Origin: Candidatus Thalassarchaeaceae archaeon
GTDB lineage: Archaea; Thermoplasmatota; Poseidoniia; MGIII; CG-Epi1
Length of the DNA: 57,437 bases
Assembly: GCA_963578705.1 (NCBI GenBank)
Contig: CAUZDT010000002.1
Coordinates: forward strand, 1 to 57,437
Direction: 5' to 3'
Made by a program: the position numbers and the translations under genes. Shown piece by piece: positions 25,471 to 34,385 of this stretch. Below the pieces are notes generated by a model, which was not told the DNA's origin, made no database searches, and saw only the letters and a program-made list of their open reading frames with translations. Within the stretch, counting starts at the first letter, position 1. Each line of letters starts with the position of its first letter.

Positions 25471-25748
25471 CTTCGCCGCGTTCAGTCTTACTGTCTTGTC
25501 CCTCGGCGGCAATACCCCGGCCTTCGATGCCCGGCGCTCCATTAATCCCTCCTCGATCGGTTTTGCAATCTAGAACGGGAGCAACCGGCCGCGGCAACGC
25601 CCGCCCTAGCTCATCAACGTTCGTGATGGCGGTTTTCCCCATTTCGACCAAAGCCAGGCAACGCTCGGTAGCGCGGGTGGTCTGGGGGAACCTCTGTCAC
25701 GGCACCCTATTGGTGGGTAATACGTCAGCTTTGGCCACCAACCACATC

Positions 25749-25800
25749 GCAATCAACAACCCACAACCAACACAATCTCCATAATAACCCACACGCCCCA
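25749..25800 (+). repeat. A/C-rich arm of the imperfect inverted repeat, continuing as a ~130-nt almost G-free tract up to the top6A start
   Basis: caatcaacaacccacaaccaacacaatctccataataacccacac... Matching blocks in the same order are TCAACAA, AACCAACAC, CCAT and AATAA. CCCAC recurs four times. Confidence 0.5.
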
Positions 25801-25877
25801 CTACGATACCACCATTCCTGACAAACCCCCACTAACTCAAGCCCAACATCTCAAAAGCACCTGCACAATGGAGCAGC

Positions 25878-26960
25878 ATGCCTCAATCCGCGATCGGGCA
25901 ACTGGAACAGATTGCCGGCCAGATCCACAAGCAACTTAACCAAGGAAACATCCCCGAGATGAACCTCCCGACCCGCAGCAAAAACAATATAATCTTCGAC
26001 CAGCAGCAACAGGTCTGGAAGTATGGGAAAGCGAGGACGACCCGCACGGCCAAGAAACTGGACGGGGCGTACATGCTGCTACGCACGACCTACTTGCTCG
26101 ACTTCATCCGCGACATGGTTGGCCAGCAGAAATCCTCGACTCTCAGGGAGCTCTACTACATCTCTGAAGGGTGGGACCTTGGCAAGTTCCAGTCACAGGA
26201 TGAATCCAACAAACTCATCGAGGACCTCGAGATTGTCACCAATTTCCAGCGCGAGGATTTCAAGATTCGGCCCGAGGAGGATGGCGCCAAGGTGCTGGGC
26301 AACCTCACACTCACAGAGATTAACCGCAAGGGCAAGCCGATGCGCATCAACTGCCGCGACGATGTTGGAGATACCGGCTACGCAATTCCCTACAATGTCG
26401 AGCCGGAGAAGATTACCTTCAATAGCGCAGGTAACGCGCGCTGCATCATTGCCATTGAGACGGGGGGGATGTTCGACCGACTGGTCGAGAATGGCTTCGA
26501 CGAAAGCCATGGCGCAATCCTGGTCCACATCAAGGGGCAACCCGCCCGCTCGACGCGCAGGTTCCTGCAGCGGCTCAGTGATGAGACCAGCCTGCCGCTC
26601 TTGATCTTTACCGACGCCGACCCGTGGTCGTACCGGATTTACGGCTCGATTGCGTATGGGGCGATCAAGACCGCCCATATTTCGCACCTACTGGCGACCC
26701 CCTCAGCGCGCTACCTTGGGGTGACCCCGTCAGATATTACGAACTATGACTTGCCGCACGACGAGCTCACCGAGCGCGACCGGCAGGCGCTGAAATCTAT
26801 GCGCAGCGACCCCCGTTTCCTCAATGATTACTGGAGCTCGGAAATAGAGCTCCAGTTGGAACTGGGGCTCAAGGCTGAGCAGCAGGCGCTGGCCAAGTAT
26901 GGCCTCGACTTCGTGACCGACACGTACTTGCCGGAGAAGTTAGCTGAAGCAGGTCTTTGA
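25878..26960 (+). CDS. top6A: DNA topoisomerase VI subunit A (Spo11 family)
   Basis: 360 aa. ...STLRELYYISEGW... (catalytic Tyr region) and Toprim IAIETGGMFDRL...LLIFTDADPWSYRIY. Confidence 0.9.
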   Translation: MPQSAIGQLEQIAGQIHKQLNQGNIPEMNLPTRSKNNIIFDQQQQVWKYGKARTTRTAKKLDGAYMLLRTTYLLDFIRDMVGQQKSSTLRELYYISEGWDLGKFQSQDESNKLIEDLEIVTNFQREDFKIRPEEDGAKVLGNLTLTEINRKGKPMRINCRDDVGDTGYAIPYNVEPEKITFNSAGNARCIIAIETGGMFDRLVENGFDESHGAILVHIKGQPARSTRRFLQRLSDETSLPLLIFTDADPWSYRIYGSIAYGAIKTAHISHLLATPSARYLGVTPSDITNYDLPHDELTERDRQALKSMRSDPRFLNDYWSSEIELQLELGLKAEQQALAKYGLDFVTDTYLPEKLAEAGL

Positions 26961-26964
26961 GGCC

Positions 26965-27108
26965 TTAGTTTCCTAGGATGCGGTACATGCCGGTGCTGCA
27001 GGTAGGGCAGGTGCCCTTCATTGCCTTACGGCCGTTCTTCATGGTAATCTGGGCACCGTTGGACATGGTTCGCTTGGACTTGCATTTGACACAATAGGCT
27101 TCTGTCAT
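26965..27108 (-). CDS. small zinc-ribbon protein (DUF5679-like)
   Basis: 47 aa, below the track cutoff. MTEAYCVKCKSKRTMSNGAQITMKNGRKAMKGTCPTCSTGMYRILGN has CxxC...CxxC. A TATA (tataaa, 27131-36) lies ~25 nt upstream of the ATG. Confidence 0.6.
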   Translation of the reverse strand: MTEAYCVKCKSKRTMSNGAQITMKNGRKAMKGTCPTCSTGMYRILGN

Positions 27109-27166
27109 GTAAGGACACGCTCCGTAATGGTATAAATATCAATCCCCTCGACGATAAAACCGGTTT

Positions 27167-27424
27167 TCAGCCGGTCAGGAGTGCATTAATCCGGCCGGCA
27201 AGCGCGTGATCGCGGTCGGCGATGGCCTTGACATCGTGGCTCCAAGCTGGCAACGCGCACCCAGTTCCAGCTATGTATCGGGATGTCGGGATGGTGGTTC
27301 AATTCCTCGGCAATTTCAGCGACCTGGTTGACGAATTCCATTGCTGCCATAAAGTCCTTGAATTCGAGTTCACGCTTGAGCCAGCCGCGCTCGCAGTTTC
27401 ACCCCACCTTTCTGACGGTGCCAT
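27167..27424 (-). pseudogene. pterin-4a-carbinolamine dehydratase (PCD/DCoH) with two compensating frame disruptions
   Basis: The middle frame reads ERGWLKRELEFKDFMAAMEFVNQVAEIAEELNHHPDIPIHSWNWVRVAS. The C-terminal WSHDVKAIADRDHALAGRINALLTG* and the N-terminal MAPSERWGETA are in a different, shared frame. The shifts lie near 27244-45 (extra A/T) and ~27390-97. Total length is 258 nt, a multiple of 3. Confidence 0.6.
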
Positions 27425-27438
27425 GATACCTGAGCGGT

Positions 27439-27448
27439 GGGGGGGGGG
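27439..27448. repeat. G10 homopolymer in a divergent intergenic region
   Basis: gcggtGGGGGGGGGGcttt lies between the PCD pseudogene start (27424, minus strand) and the DUF63-like gene start (27498, plus strand). Confidence 0.9.
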
Positions 27449-27491
27449 CTTTAGCGCTGCGCCGCAGCGCCCAAATAAACCCCTTTGGTAG

Positions 27492-28712
<1,221 letters not shown>

Positions 28713-28730
28713 TTTTGGCCGCGGCCAAAA
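28713..28730. terminator. perfect 18-nt palindrome immediately after the DUF63-like stop
   Basis: TTTTGGCCGCGGCCAAAA begins 1 nt after the TGA at 28710-12. It is followed by atcatataagtaaa, a TATA-like box for the ACT gene. Confidence 0.35.
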
Positions 28731-28785
28731 ATCATATAAGTAAATCAACGACTTCTCACAACTCGATCGAACTGGAAGTGAAAGT

Positions 28786-29131
28786 ATGGGCATGGAACGG
28801 CAGATATCGGTAATGCTGAAGAACAGCCCTGGCCAGATGGCTGCGGTAGGCGGCGTGCTGGCTGACGCCGGCGACCACGCCGTGATACGGCTGGTGACTA
28901 GCGATTGGGTGGCGACCCGCACGACGCTTGAGGGAGGGCTACGACACTCTCGTGACCAAGGTGCTCGCTATCGAGCTCCCGCACAAGAAGGGCGCGCTGG
29001 CAGAAGCTGCCGCCAAGCTAGCTGCCGCCGGCATCAACATCGACTACATTTATGGCTCCGCCGCGGGGCGCAAGTCGATACTGATGGCGCGGGTTTCCAA
29101 CCTCAAGGCGGCGCAGAAAGCGCTCGGCTGA
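28786..29131 (+). pseudogene. tandem-ACT-domain protein gene with internal deletion and frameshift (the distal ACT half may survive as a 67-aa TTG-initiated ORF)
   Basis: Frame 1 reads MGMERQISVMLKNSPGQMAAVGGVLADAG|DHAVIRLVTSDWVATRTTL... The usual INI...strand after ADAG is missing. The frame then shifts near 28915-28930 (cgcacgacgc) to (L)REGYDTLVTKVLAIELPHKKGALAEAAAKLAAAGINIDYIYGSAAGRKSILMARVSNLKAAQKALG*. Confidence 0.55.
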
Positions 29132-29170
29132 AGGGAACCTTTAAAGGAGAGGCTCAGGTCGCGAAGCCAT

Positions 29171-30661
29171 ATGCGTGCGCTAGTGGCGCTGACGGCCTTC
29201 CTGCTACTCATGTCGCTATTGTCGGTCGATACGGCGCGAGCCGCCGAGCCGGACTACGGCAGCGGCCAGTTCCACGAGCTGGGCCTCTACTTTTACGGCG
29301 ACCTTGACGGCGGCAGCGGCAGCTTCAACACCACTGCGCCGGCCGGCGACAGCGACACCGAGAGTGACTGCCCGCAGGACGGCAACCGCCTCGGTGTTAC
29401 TGGTAGTCGTAACTGGGAGGACGTCGGCAGCTGGTTCAGCCCCGCCTTCAACACTAATACCACTGCGCGCGGAACGGTCCCCTTCGAAATCTGGGCCATG
29501 GCGACCTCCGGCTCGGTCAAGGACGTCCAGTTCCGTGTGACGCTGGCGGTGCCGGGTGCAGGCGGGTTGCAGAGCGAAACCGAGACACGCACGGTCAACG
29601 ACAATGCCTCACATTTCTCGACCAGCTTTTCACTCGACGGCGAATACCAGATTGACCGCGGCCAGACCATTCGGGTTGACCTCGAGTATTCGGGCGGCGA
29701 CGACTGGCAGCTGATTGGTGCTTCGAGCGACCAGATAGTGGTGCTGACCTCGAGCCAGAACCATTCAGCCGGCATTGCGCTGGAGCTGGACCACTTCCGC
29801 GCCGAATTCCCGCGTATCGAAGTGGACCACGCGCGTGAAGTGGTTGAGGTCAAGGCGCGGCTGCTCTCGGCCTTCGGCAGCGAGGACTTGCAATCGGAGA
29901 CCTGGGGCCTCGAGGTGCGCGGCACCAACTCGGGCACGCACGTCACCGTCGCCGGGGGCATGCCCGAGGACTCGGACGGCGAGGCGCTGCGGGTGAAATG
30001 GGAATGGTCCTACAACGAGGACGAGGCGCCGAGCGACACCTACTACCTGACGGTCAGCTGCGGCGATATCCAGGGCAATGAGTGGGAGAGTAGCGGTGAC
30101 GAACGACTCTATCTGGTCGTCCACCAGAGCGACATCGACAACTACGTCAGTTGGGAGGACGTCTCAATCAACGGCGCGACCAATTCAACCACTGTAACCA
30201 CTGGCAAGCAGTTCGCGATTGCCATCACCATTCGCACCACTGGCGACCCAGCTATAGGTTACAACCCGGTGCCGGTTGTGGTTTACTACAGCCACAACAA
30301 CGGCCCGCTCATGCTGGCGCACGACACTTTCACCTTCGTTACCCCCGGGGAGAGCGGGGTCGTCAGCTTTGCGATGGCGTTCGACAGCCCGGGCAGTTAC
30401 ACCCTGCGCATCGTCCTCGATGAAGATGATTACGCCCTCGAAACCGACGAGACCAACAACATGGTCGAATATTCGCTGACCGTCGCGGACGAAGATAGTG
30501 GTCTCGTCTCGGGCGACTGGTTCGAGGGCTTGCAGGACCTCGACACGCCGACCCTCGGTATCGGCGGCGTTGCCGTGCTGGTAATTCTCGGTGTGGTGAT
30601 GGCGTTACGCCGTTCCGCAGGCGGCGACGACATGGAGTGGGATGACGACGACGAATTTTGA
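29171..30661 (+). CDS. secreted/surface protein with CARDB-like domain, C-terminal TM anchor and acidic tail
   Basis: 496 aa. The signal peptide is MRALVALTAFLLLMSLLSVDTARA. A CARDB-like block ends ...YTLRIVLDEDDYALETDETNNMVEYSL. The C-terminus is LGIGGVAVLVILGVVMALRRSAGGDDMEWDDDDEF. Confidence 0.6.
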   Translation: MRALVALTAFLLLMSLLSVDTARAAEPDYGSGQFHELGLYFYGDLDGGSGSFNTTAPAGDSDTESDCPQDGNRLGVTGSRNWEDVGSWFSPAFNTNTTARGTVPFEIWAMATSGSVKDVQFRVTLAVPGAGGLQSETETRTVNDNASHFSTSFSLDGEYQIDRGQTIRVDLEYSGGDDWQLIGASSDQIVVLTSSQNHSAGIALELDHFRAEFPRIEVDHAREVVEVKARLLSAFGSEDLQSETWGLEVRGTNSGTHVTVAGGMPEDSDGEALRVKWEWSYNEDEAPSDTYYLTVSCGDIQGNEWESSGDERLYLVVHQSDIDNYVSWEDVSINGATNSTTVTTGKQFAIAITIRTTGDPAIGYNPVPVVVYYSHNNGPLMLAHDTFTFVTPGESGVVSFAMAFDSPGSYTLRIVLDEDDYALETDETNNMVEYSLTVADEDSGLVSGDWFEGLQDLDTPTLGIGGVAVLVILGVVMALRRSAGGDDMEWDDDDEF

Positions 30662-31019
30662 CCTACGTTTCCCGCCCGCGGACGAGACGCATTACGTCTA
30701 CGACAAGGAGGCGGTCGGCGAAGGCTCGCGCTACGGCGAGTCGACGGTCGGCAACGTGGAGGAGCGCACCTGTCGTGGCTGCGGCCAGCGCTTCAACTGG
30801 GCCTTCAAGGTCGGCAATGCGATGACCGATTCGACGCCGGACGGCGTCGCGCACGCGGTCGACAACGGTGCCAGCCGGGGCTACTGCTCAATTGAGTGCT
30901 TCATGGCGGGAGATTCCGACCTCGAGCAGGCGACGCTCGACCGCGACTCCGCCGGAATTTGGGCGCTGGCGAAGCGCAACTGGTTTGGGTTGAAAGTGCT
31001 GCGCGGGCTGGGCCGTTAG
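30642..31019 (+). CDS. hypothetical Cys-containing (possible zinc-ribbon) protein
   Basis: 125 aa with CRGCGQRF...CSIEC. 20-nt overlap with the upstream gene. Its stop overlaps the radA stop. No family recognised. Confidence 0.35.
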   Translation: MTTTNFDLRFPPADETHYVYDKEAVGEGSRYGESTVGNVEERTCRGCGQRFNWAFKVGNAMTDSTPDGVAHAVDNGASRGYCSIECFMAGDSDLEQATLDRDSAGIWALAKRNWFGLKVLRGLGR

Positions 31020-31966
31020 TCGCGGATCCCGTCTTCCAGGATCTGGACTACCGCTTCCCCGTCGGGCAGGTGTGGTGAATCGACGAGCCGGAAGATGCGC
31101 TTCCCCGCCTTGCCGCGCCGGATATAGATCCTGAATTTTGAGGTGTGGCCGACGATGTGGCCGCCAATTGGCCTGGTCGGGTCGCCGAAAGCGAAACCGT
31201 CCGGTTTGGAGAGCACCTGATTAGTGACTGCCACTGCAGCGTTATGCTCGTCTGCGAATTTAGTTAGGGCCTCCATATGACTGCCGATTTTGCCCTGTCG
31301 TTCGGCTAGCATGCCGCGGCCGATATACTCCGACCGGAACGCGCCGGTCAGTGAGTCGACCGCCAGTAGCCGGATTGGCCGCTCCTCGGCCAGTTGCTTG
31401 ACTTTATCGACCATCAGCATCTGCTGGTGCGAGTTGTAGGCGCGGCCGACGTGGATGCGAGCCAGCACCTCATCGGGGTCCAGGTCCAGGGCTTTGGCCA
31501 TCGAGATGATGCGTTCGGGGCGGAAGGTATTCTCGGTATCGATAATCGCTGCTTCCCCATTCAGGCCCCCCTGCTCCTCCGGCAGCTGTACGGTCACTGC
31601 CAGCTGGTGGATAATCTGCGTTTTACCCGAACCGTATTGTCCATAGAATTCGGTGATTAACTGCGTCTCGACGCCGCCGCCGAGCAGCGCGTCCAGCTCG
31701 CTGGAGCAGCTGGTCAGCTTGCCTACAGTCTGCCGTTTCTCGAGCAGTTCAGCCCCCGTCAGGATTCCACCAATATCGACCATACCGATTGCGGCATGGA
31801 TGATCTCAGCGCACTTAGAATTACCAACACCAGCAGCCTCGCTCAGGCGCGAGGGCGATTGAGTCGCAATCGATTCGAGGGTACGGTATCCTGCACCTCG
31901 TAGTTTATCGCCGATGGTGGGGCCGACCCCGGGGAGGTCCTCGATTGATTCTTCTTTCTTGCCCAT
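31016..31966 (-). CDS. radA: DNA repair and recombination protein RadA
   Basis: 316 aa from ATG 31966 (TTG 31969 is possible). HhH region LPGVGPTIGDKLRGAGY, Walker A GQYGSGKTQ, Walker B LLAVDSL. Confidence 0.93.
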   Translation of the reverse strand: MGKKEESIEDLPGVGPTIGDKLRGAGYRTLESIATQSPSRLSEAAGVGNSKCAEIIHAAIGMVDIGGILTGAELLEKRQTVGKLTSCSSELDALLGGGVETQLITEFYGQYGSGKTQIIHQLAVTVQLPEEQGGLNGEAAIIDTENTFRPERIISMAKALDLDPDEVLARIHVGRAYNSHQQMLMVDKVKQLAEERPIRLLAVDSLTGAFRSEYIGRGMLAERQGKIGSHMEALTKFADEHNAAVAVTNQVLSKPDGFAFGDPTRPIGGHIVGHTSKFRIYIRRGKAGKRIFRLVDSPHLPDGEAVVQILEDGIRD

Positions 31967-32088
31967 CAACGCCTCCGGGGGACGGTTGCCAGTGGTAGTT
32001 CGACTTCCCGCAGCCAGTCAAACTCGCGAGGGTCTTCCCAGCGCGGGGCGATAGCCTTGAGGAACTCGCGTACAGACTTGCTTGGCAT
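31966..32088 (-). CDS. 40-aa micro-ORF translationally coupled to both the rpa2-like gene and radA
   Basis: MPSKSVREFLKAIAPRWEDPREFDWLREVELPLATVPRRR. Its ATG overlaps the upstream stop (TGATG) and its TGA overlaps the radA ATG (TGATG). It exactly fills the 118-bp gap. Confidence 0.4.
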   Translation of the reverse strand: MPSKSVREFLKAIAPRWEDPREFDWLREVELPLATVPRRR

Positions 32089-33050
32089 CATGCTACCCGG
32101 AATTTGTTGAACGCTGGCTGGTAGGTCAGCCCCTGGTCGTTGAGCGAGTCGATGACCTCGTCGAGGCGCGAGCCGTCGATGCCGGCTGCCGCTGCGGAAT
32201 CGCGCAGCGTCTCGTAGATTACGCCTTCTCCGTCGCCTTCCTTGTCGAGTGAGCCTATGAGCTCGAGCACGGCCGCCTCGGCGTCCGCGTCGCCTTCCGG
32301 TTCCCCGTCAGGCGCTGCGGCAGGCGTTTCATCGCCTGCGTGGGTGTCCTGCTCCGCTATGGACGCAGGCGGTTCCGGTGCCACCGGAGCCGCTTCCGTC
32401 TCGGCCGCTTCCACATCGCTGGCGGTCTCGAACTCGCCGGTGAACTGCGCCGTGCTCGGCGCAGTCGTGTCGCCGCTGAGATTCCGCAGGCAGTCGTAGA
32501 GCAGTCCGGCGTAGGATTCGGTCGATACCGTCTCGTATTTTTCCTGCGCCAGGCCAAGCCCTTCTTTTTCGCGGTTGCTCAGCTCGGCATCGTCGCCCTT
32601 CAGGCGGCGCATCAGTGATTCGCACGCCTTGATGGCCCAGACTGAGACTTCCTGCTCGCTGACCGCGCGCACGTTCTCGGGCTGGACGCTGACGTAGACC
32701 GAGTCGCTGTCGTCAGGTGAATAGGCACGCACCCTCCCGACGGAGATTACGTGCGTGGGCGTCTCGATTTTGGAGAGCGCCGCAGCGCCTTCGGGATTGT
32801 ACTGCCCGGCGCGCAGGTAGTAGGTGTCGCCGTGTGGGTCAACCATGCGCGCCATGTAGAACGGATCCGTCTCGCTGCCGCGGTTCTCGACATCGGTCAG
32901 GATACCGCCGATGAGCACGCGCGAGAGTTTGGAGCCCATCTCCGAAATCAGGTAGGTGGGCGAATACTCACGGTCCTCGACATGCGTCTCGTGGGCGCGC
33001 GAAAGCTCCTGCGCCAGTACCGGAAGGGCCGGCTCCCTGCGACGCGCCAT
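32088..33050 (-). CDS. RPA32-like / RPA-associated OB-fold protein with acidic linker and C-terminal winged-helix
   Basis: 320 aa. OB-like N-half (...VLIGGILTDVENRGSETDPFYMARMVDPHGDTYYLRAGQY...), then an Ala/Glu/Pro acidic linker, then C-terminal ...VIYETLRDSAAAAGIDGSRLDEVIDSLNDQGLTYQP... Its start abuts the rpa1 stop. Confidence 0.65.
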   Translation of the reverse strand: MARRREPALPVLAQELSRAHETHVEDREYSPTYLISEMGSKLSRVLIGGILTDVENRGSETDPFYMARMVDPHGDTYYLRAGQYNPEGAAALSKIETPTHVISVGRVRAYSPDDSDSVYVSVQPENVRAVSEQEVSVWAIKACESLMRRLKGDDAELSNREKEGLGLAQEKYETVSTESYAGLLYDCLRNLSGDTTAPSTAQFTGEFETASDVEAAETEAAPVAPEPPASIAEQDTHAGDETPAAAPDGEPEGDADAEAAVLELIGSLDKEGDGEGVIYETLRDSAAAAGIDGSRLDEVIDSLNDQGLTYQPAFNKFRVA

Positions 33051-34385
33051 TCAGGCCTCCAGCGCCGCCAGGAATTGCCTAGCGACAGAGGGCACGTCAA
33101 GATTGTGTGCCGGCTGGCACTTGCGCGCGAAGAACATCAGACCGTAGTCGTCGGAGCGGGTGTACCCCTCCACCGTCAGTGGCTTGAGCAGAAGCGCCTG
33201 TTCCAGCTCTTCGGTCAGCGACTCAGCCGAGTAGTTCTCGCGTACCAGTTCGAGGCACGAATCAAGGTCGCGCCCCAACACCTTCTCGGTCAGCTCTCGG
33301 TTCAGGAATAGCTGTAGCGAACCGGTGCCGTCATCGAAGAGTAGCTTGGTCCGCAGGTCGGGCTGCCCCTCCTGCTCGCCGTGTACCATGCACTGCCGGC
33401 TGCGGAGCATGCGGTTGCACTCAGGGCAGCGGAAAATCAGTCCGCTGCCCTCGCGCACTGCCAGCACGTGCCCCTCCAGGAGCGCGTCGCTAGCGCCACC
33501 GCGCTCGTCGAGCAGGTCGATAGTGTAGCTGGTCCCCACCGCCAGTTCTTCCAGCGATGGGAGTTCGGCGTCGACCGTGCTTACTGCGGTGTTTTCGTTG
33601 ATTTGCAGCTCGGGGATGCCCTGCCACTCGCGCACGTAGGCGTTGCCGATTTCGTAGATGGTATCTGCCTGTAGTTTGTGGTCGTGCCAGGCGGTGAAGC
33701 GGCAGCTACCGCTGGCGTCTGCCAGCGTCCCGCTCCAGAGCGCTTTCGGCTCGGTGCGTACGGTCACCTCGCGCTCCTGCACATCCAAGATGCGCACGGT
33801 CAGCGTGACCGAGCCCATGCCGTCCCGTAGTCCCGCAACGTCGCTCGCGGAGCCGGCGGTCGGACTGTCGGCCGCCGGCACATCCAGCGCCGCCAGAGCC
33901 TCGTCTTCGACCTCCCGCACCCGGCAGCGGTCGCCCAGATTCAGGTCGACGCGATCTTTCCAGCCTTTGGAATAGGCGTTAGTGACCTCGAGGATAGTCC
34001 CCGGCACGGCCGTGAACTCGTCACGCCAGACGGTGAAGCGCAGGGTAGCGCTGCCGTCGGCGATTTGACCCTCGAAAATGGTCTTCTGCGAGCCATCTTT
34101 CAGGTTGATTTCCTTCGAGAACACAGACACGATCTTCGCGCGGAAGCTGATCGATGACTCGTCTGCTTTGATGTCAGCCAGCGGCATGAATGCGCTGGCC
34201 TGCAACGTGCGGGGGTCGCCGTAGTGCTTCCGGACAATCGCCTCTTTGGCGGTTGCCAGATCGATGCCGTAGTTCTCCACGTATTGCCTCAGTTCTTCGA
34301 CAATCGTGGCTTCGTCCAGTTTGTTTTCCAGGGCCTCTGCAATGTCCTTGACATGCGGGCCAAAGTCGGTTTCGTTTGCTTGCAT
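33051..34385 (-). CDS. replication factor A large subunit (multi-OB with zinc finger)
   Basis: ORF 33051..34439 trimmed to ATG 34385, which has AAGGAG 7 nt upstream. Repeated OB blocks are present (...GQIADGSATLRFTVWRDEF..., ...GTLADASGSCRFTAWHDHK...), plus CPECNRMLRSRQCMVHG. Confidence 0.8.
   Translation of the reverse strand: MQANETDFGPHVKDIAEALENKLDEATIVEELRQYVENYGIDLATAKEAIVRKHYGDPRTLQASAFMPLADIKADESSISFRAKIVSVFSKEINLKDGSQKTIFEGQIADGSATLRFTVWRDEFTAVPGTILEVTNAYSKGWKDRVDLNLGDRCRVREVEDEALAALDVPAADSPTAGSASDVAGLRDGMGSVTLTVRILDVQEREVTVRTEPKALWSGTLADASGSCRFTAWHDHKLQADTIYEIGNAYVREWQGIPELQINENTAVSTVDAELPSLEELAVGTSYTIDLLDERGGASDALLEGHVLAVREGSGLIFRCPECNRMLRSRQCMVHGEQEGQPDLRTKLLFDDGTGSLQLFLNRELTEKVLGRDLDSCLELVRENYSAESLTEELEQALLLKPLTVEGYTRSDDYGLMFFARKCQPAHNLDVPSVARQFLAALEA

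Noticed and set aside
25556-25592. Possible SRP RNA helix 8 (CGGUUUUGCAAUCUAGAACGGGAGCAACCG resembles ...GGAA..GGAGCA...), or RNase P RNA, in the 25.4-25.75 kb core
   Set aside because: The 5' side lacks the conserved AGG/ACCA loop nucleotides and the apical loop is not GNAR. I found no Alu-domain or helix-6 counterpart. No RNase P CR-I (GAGGAAAGUCC) or CR-V motif is present on either strand. Only an Infernal/Rfam scan could settle this.
25388-25784. Track ORFs 25388..25651 (minus strand, 87 aa) and 25428..25784 (plus strand, 118 aa) as protein genes
   Set aside because: Both overlap each other in the compositionally skewed non-coding block. The translations are low-complexity (T/K/N-rich or P/S/L-rich) with no motif, no plausible promoter/start geometry, and atypical codon usage.
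28786-29307. 173-aa track ORF taken at face value
   Set aside because: Beyond codon ~47 the translation (RHSRDQGARYRAPAQEGRAGRS...) is a shadow frame. It runs over the real second ACT domain and into the next gene. The two-frame ACT interpretation explains the region better.
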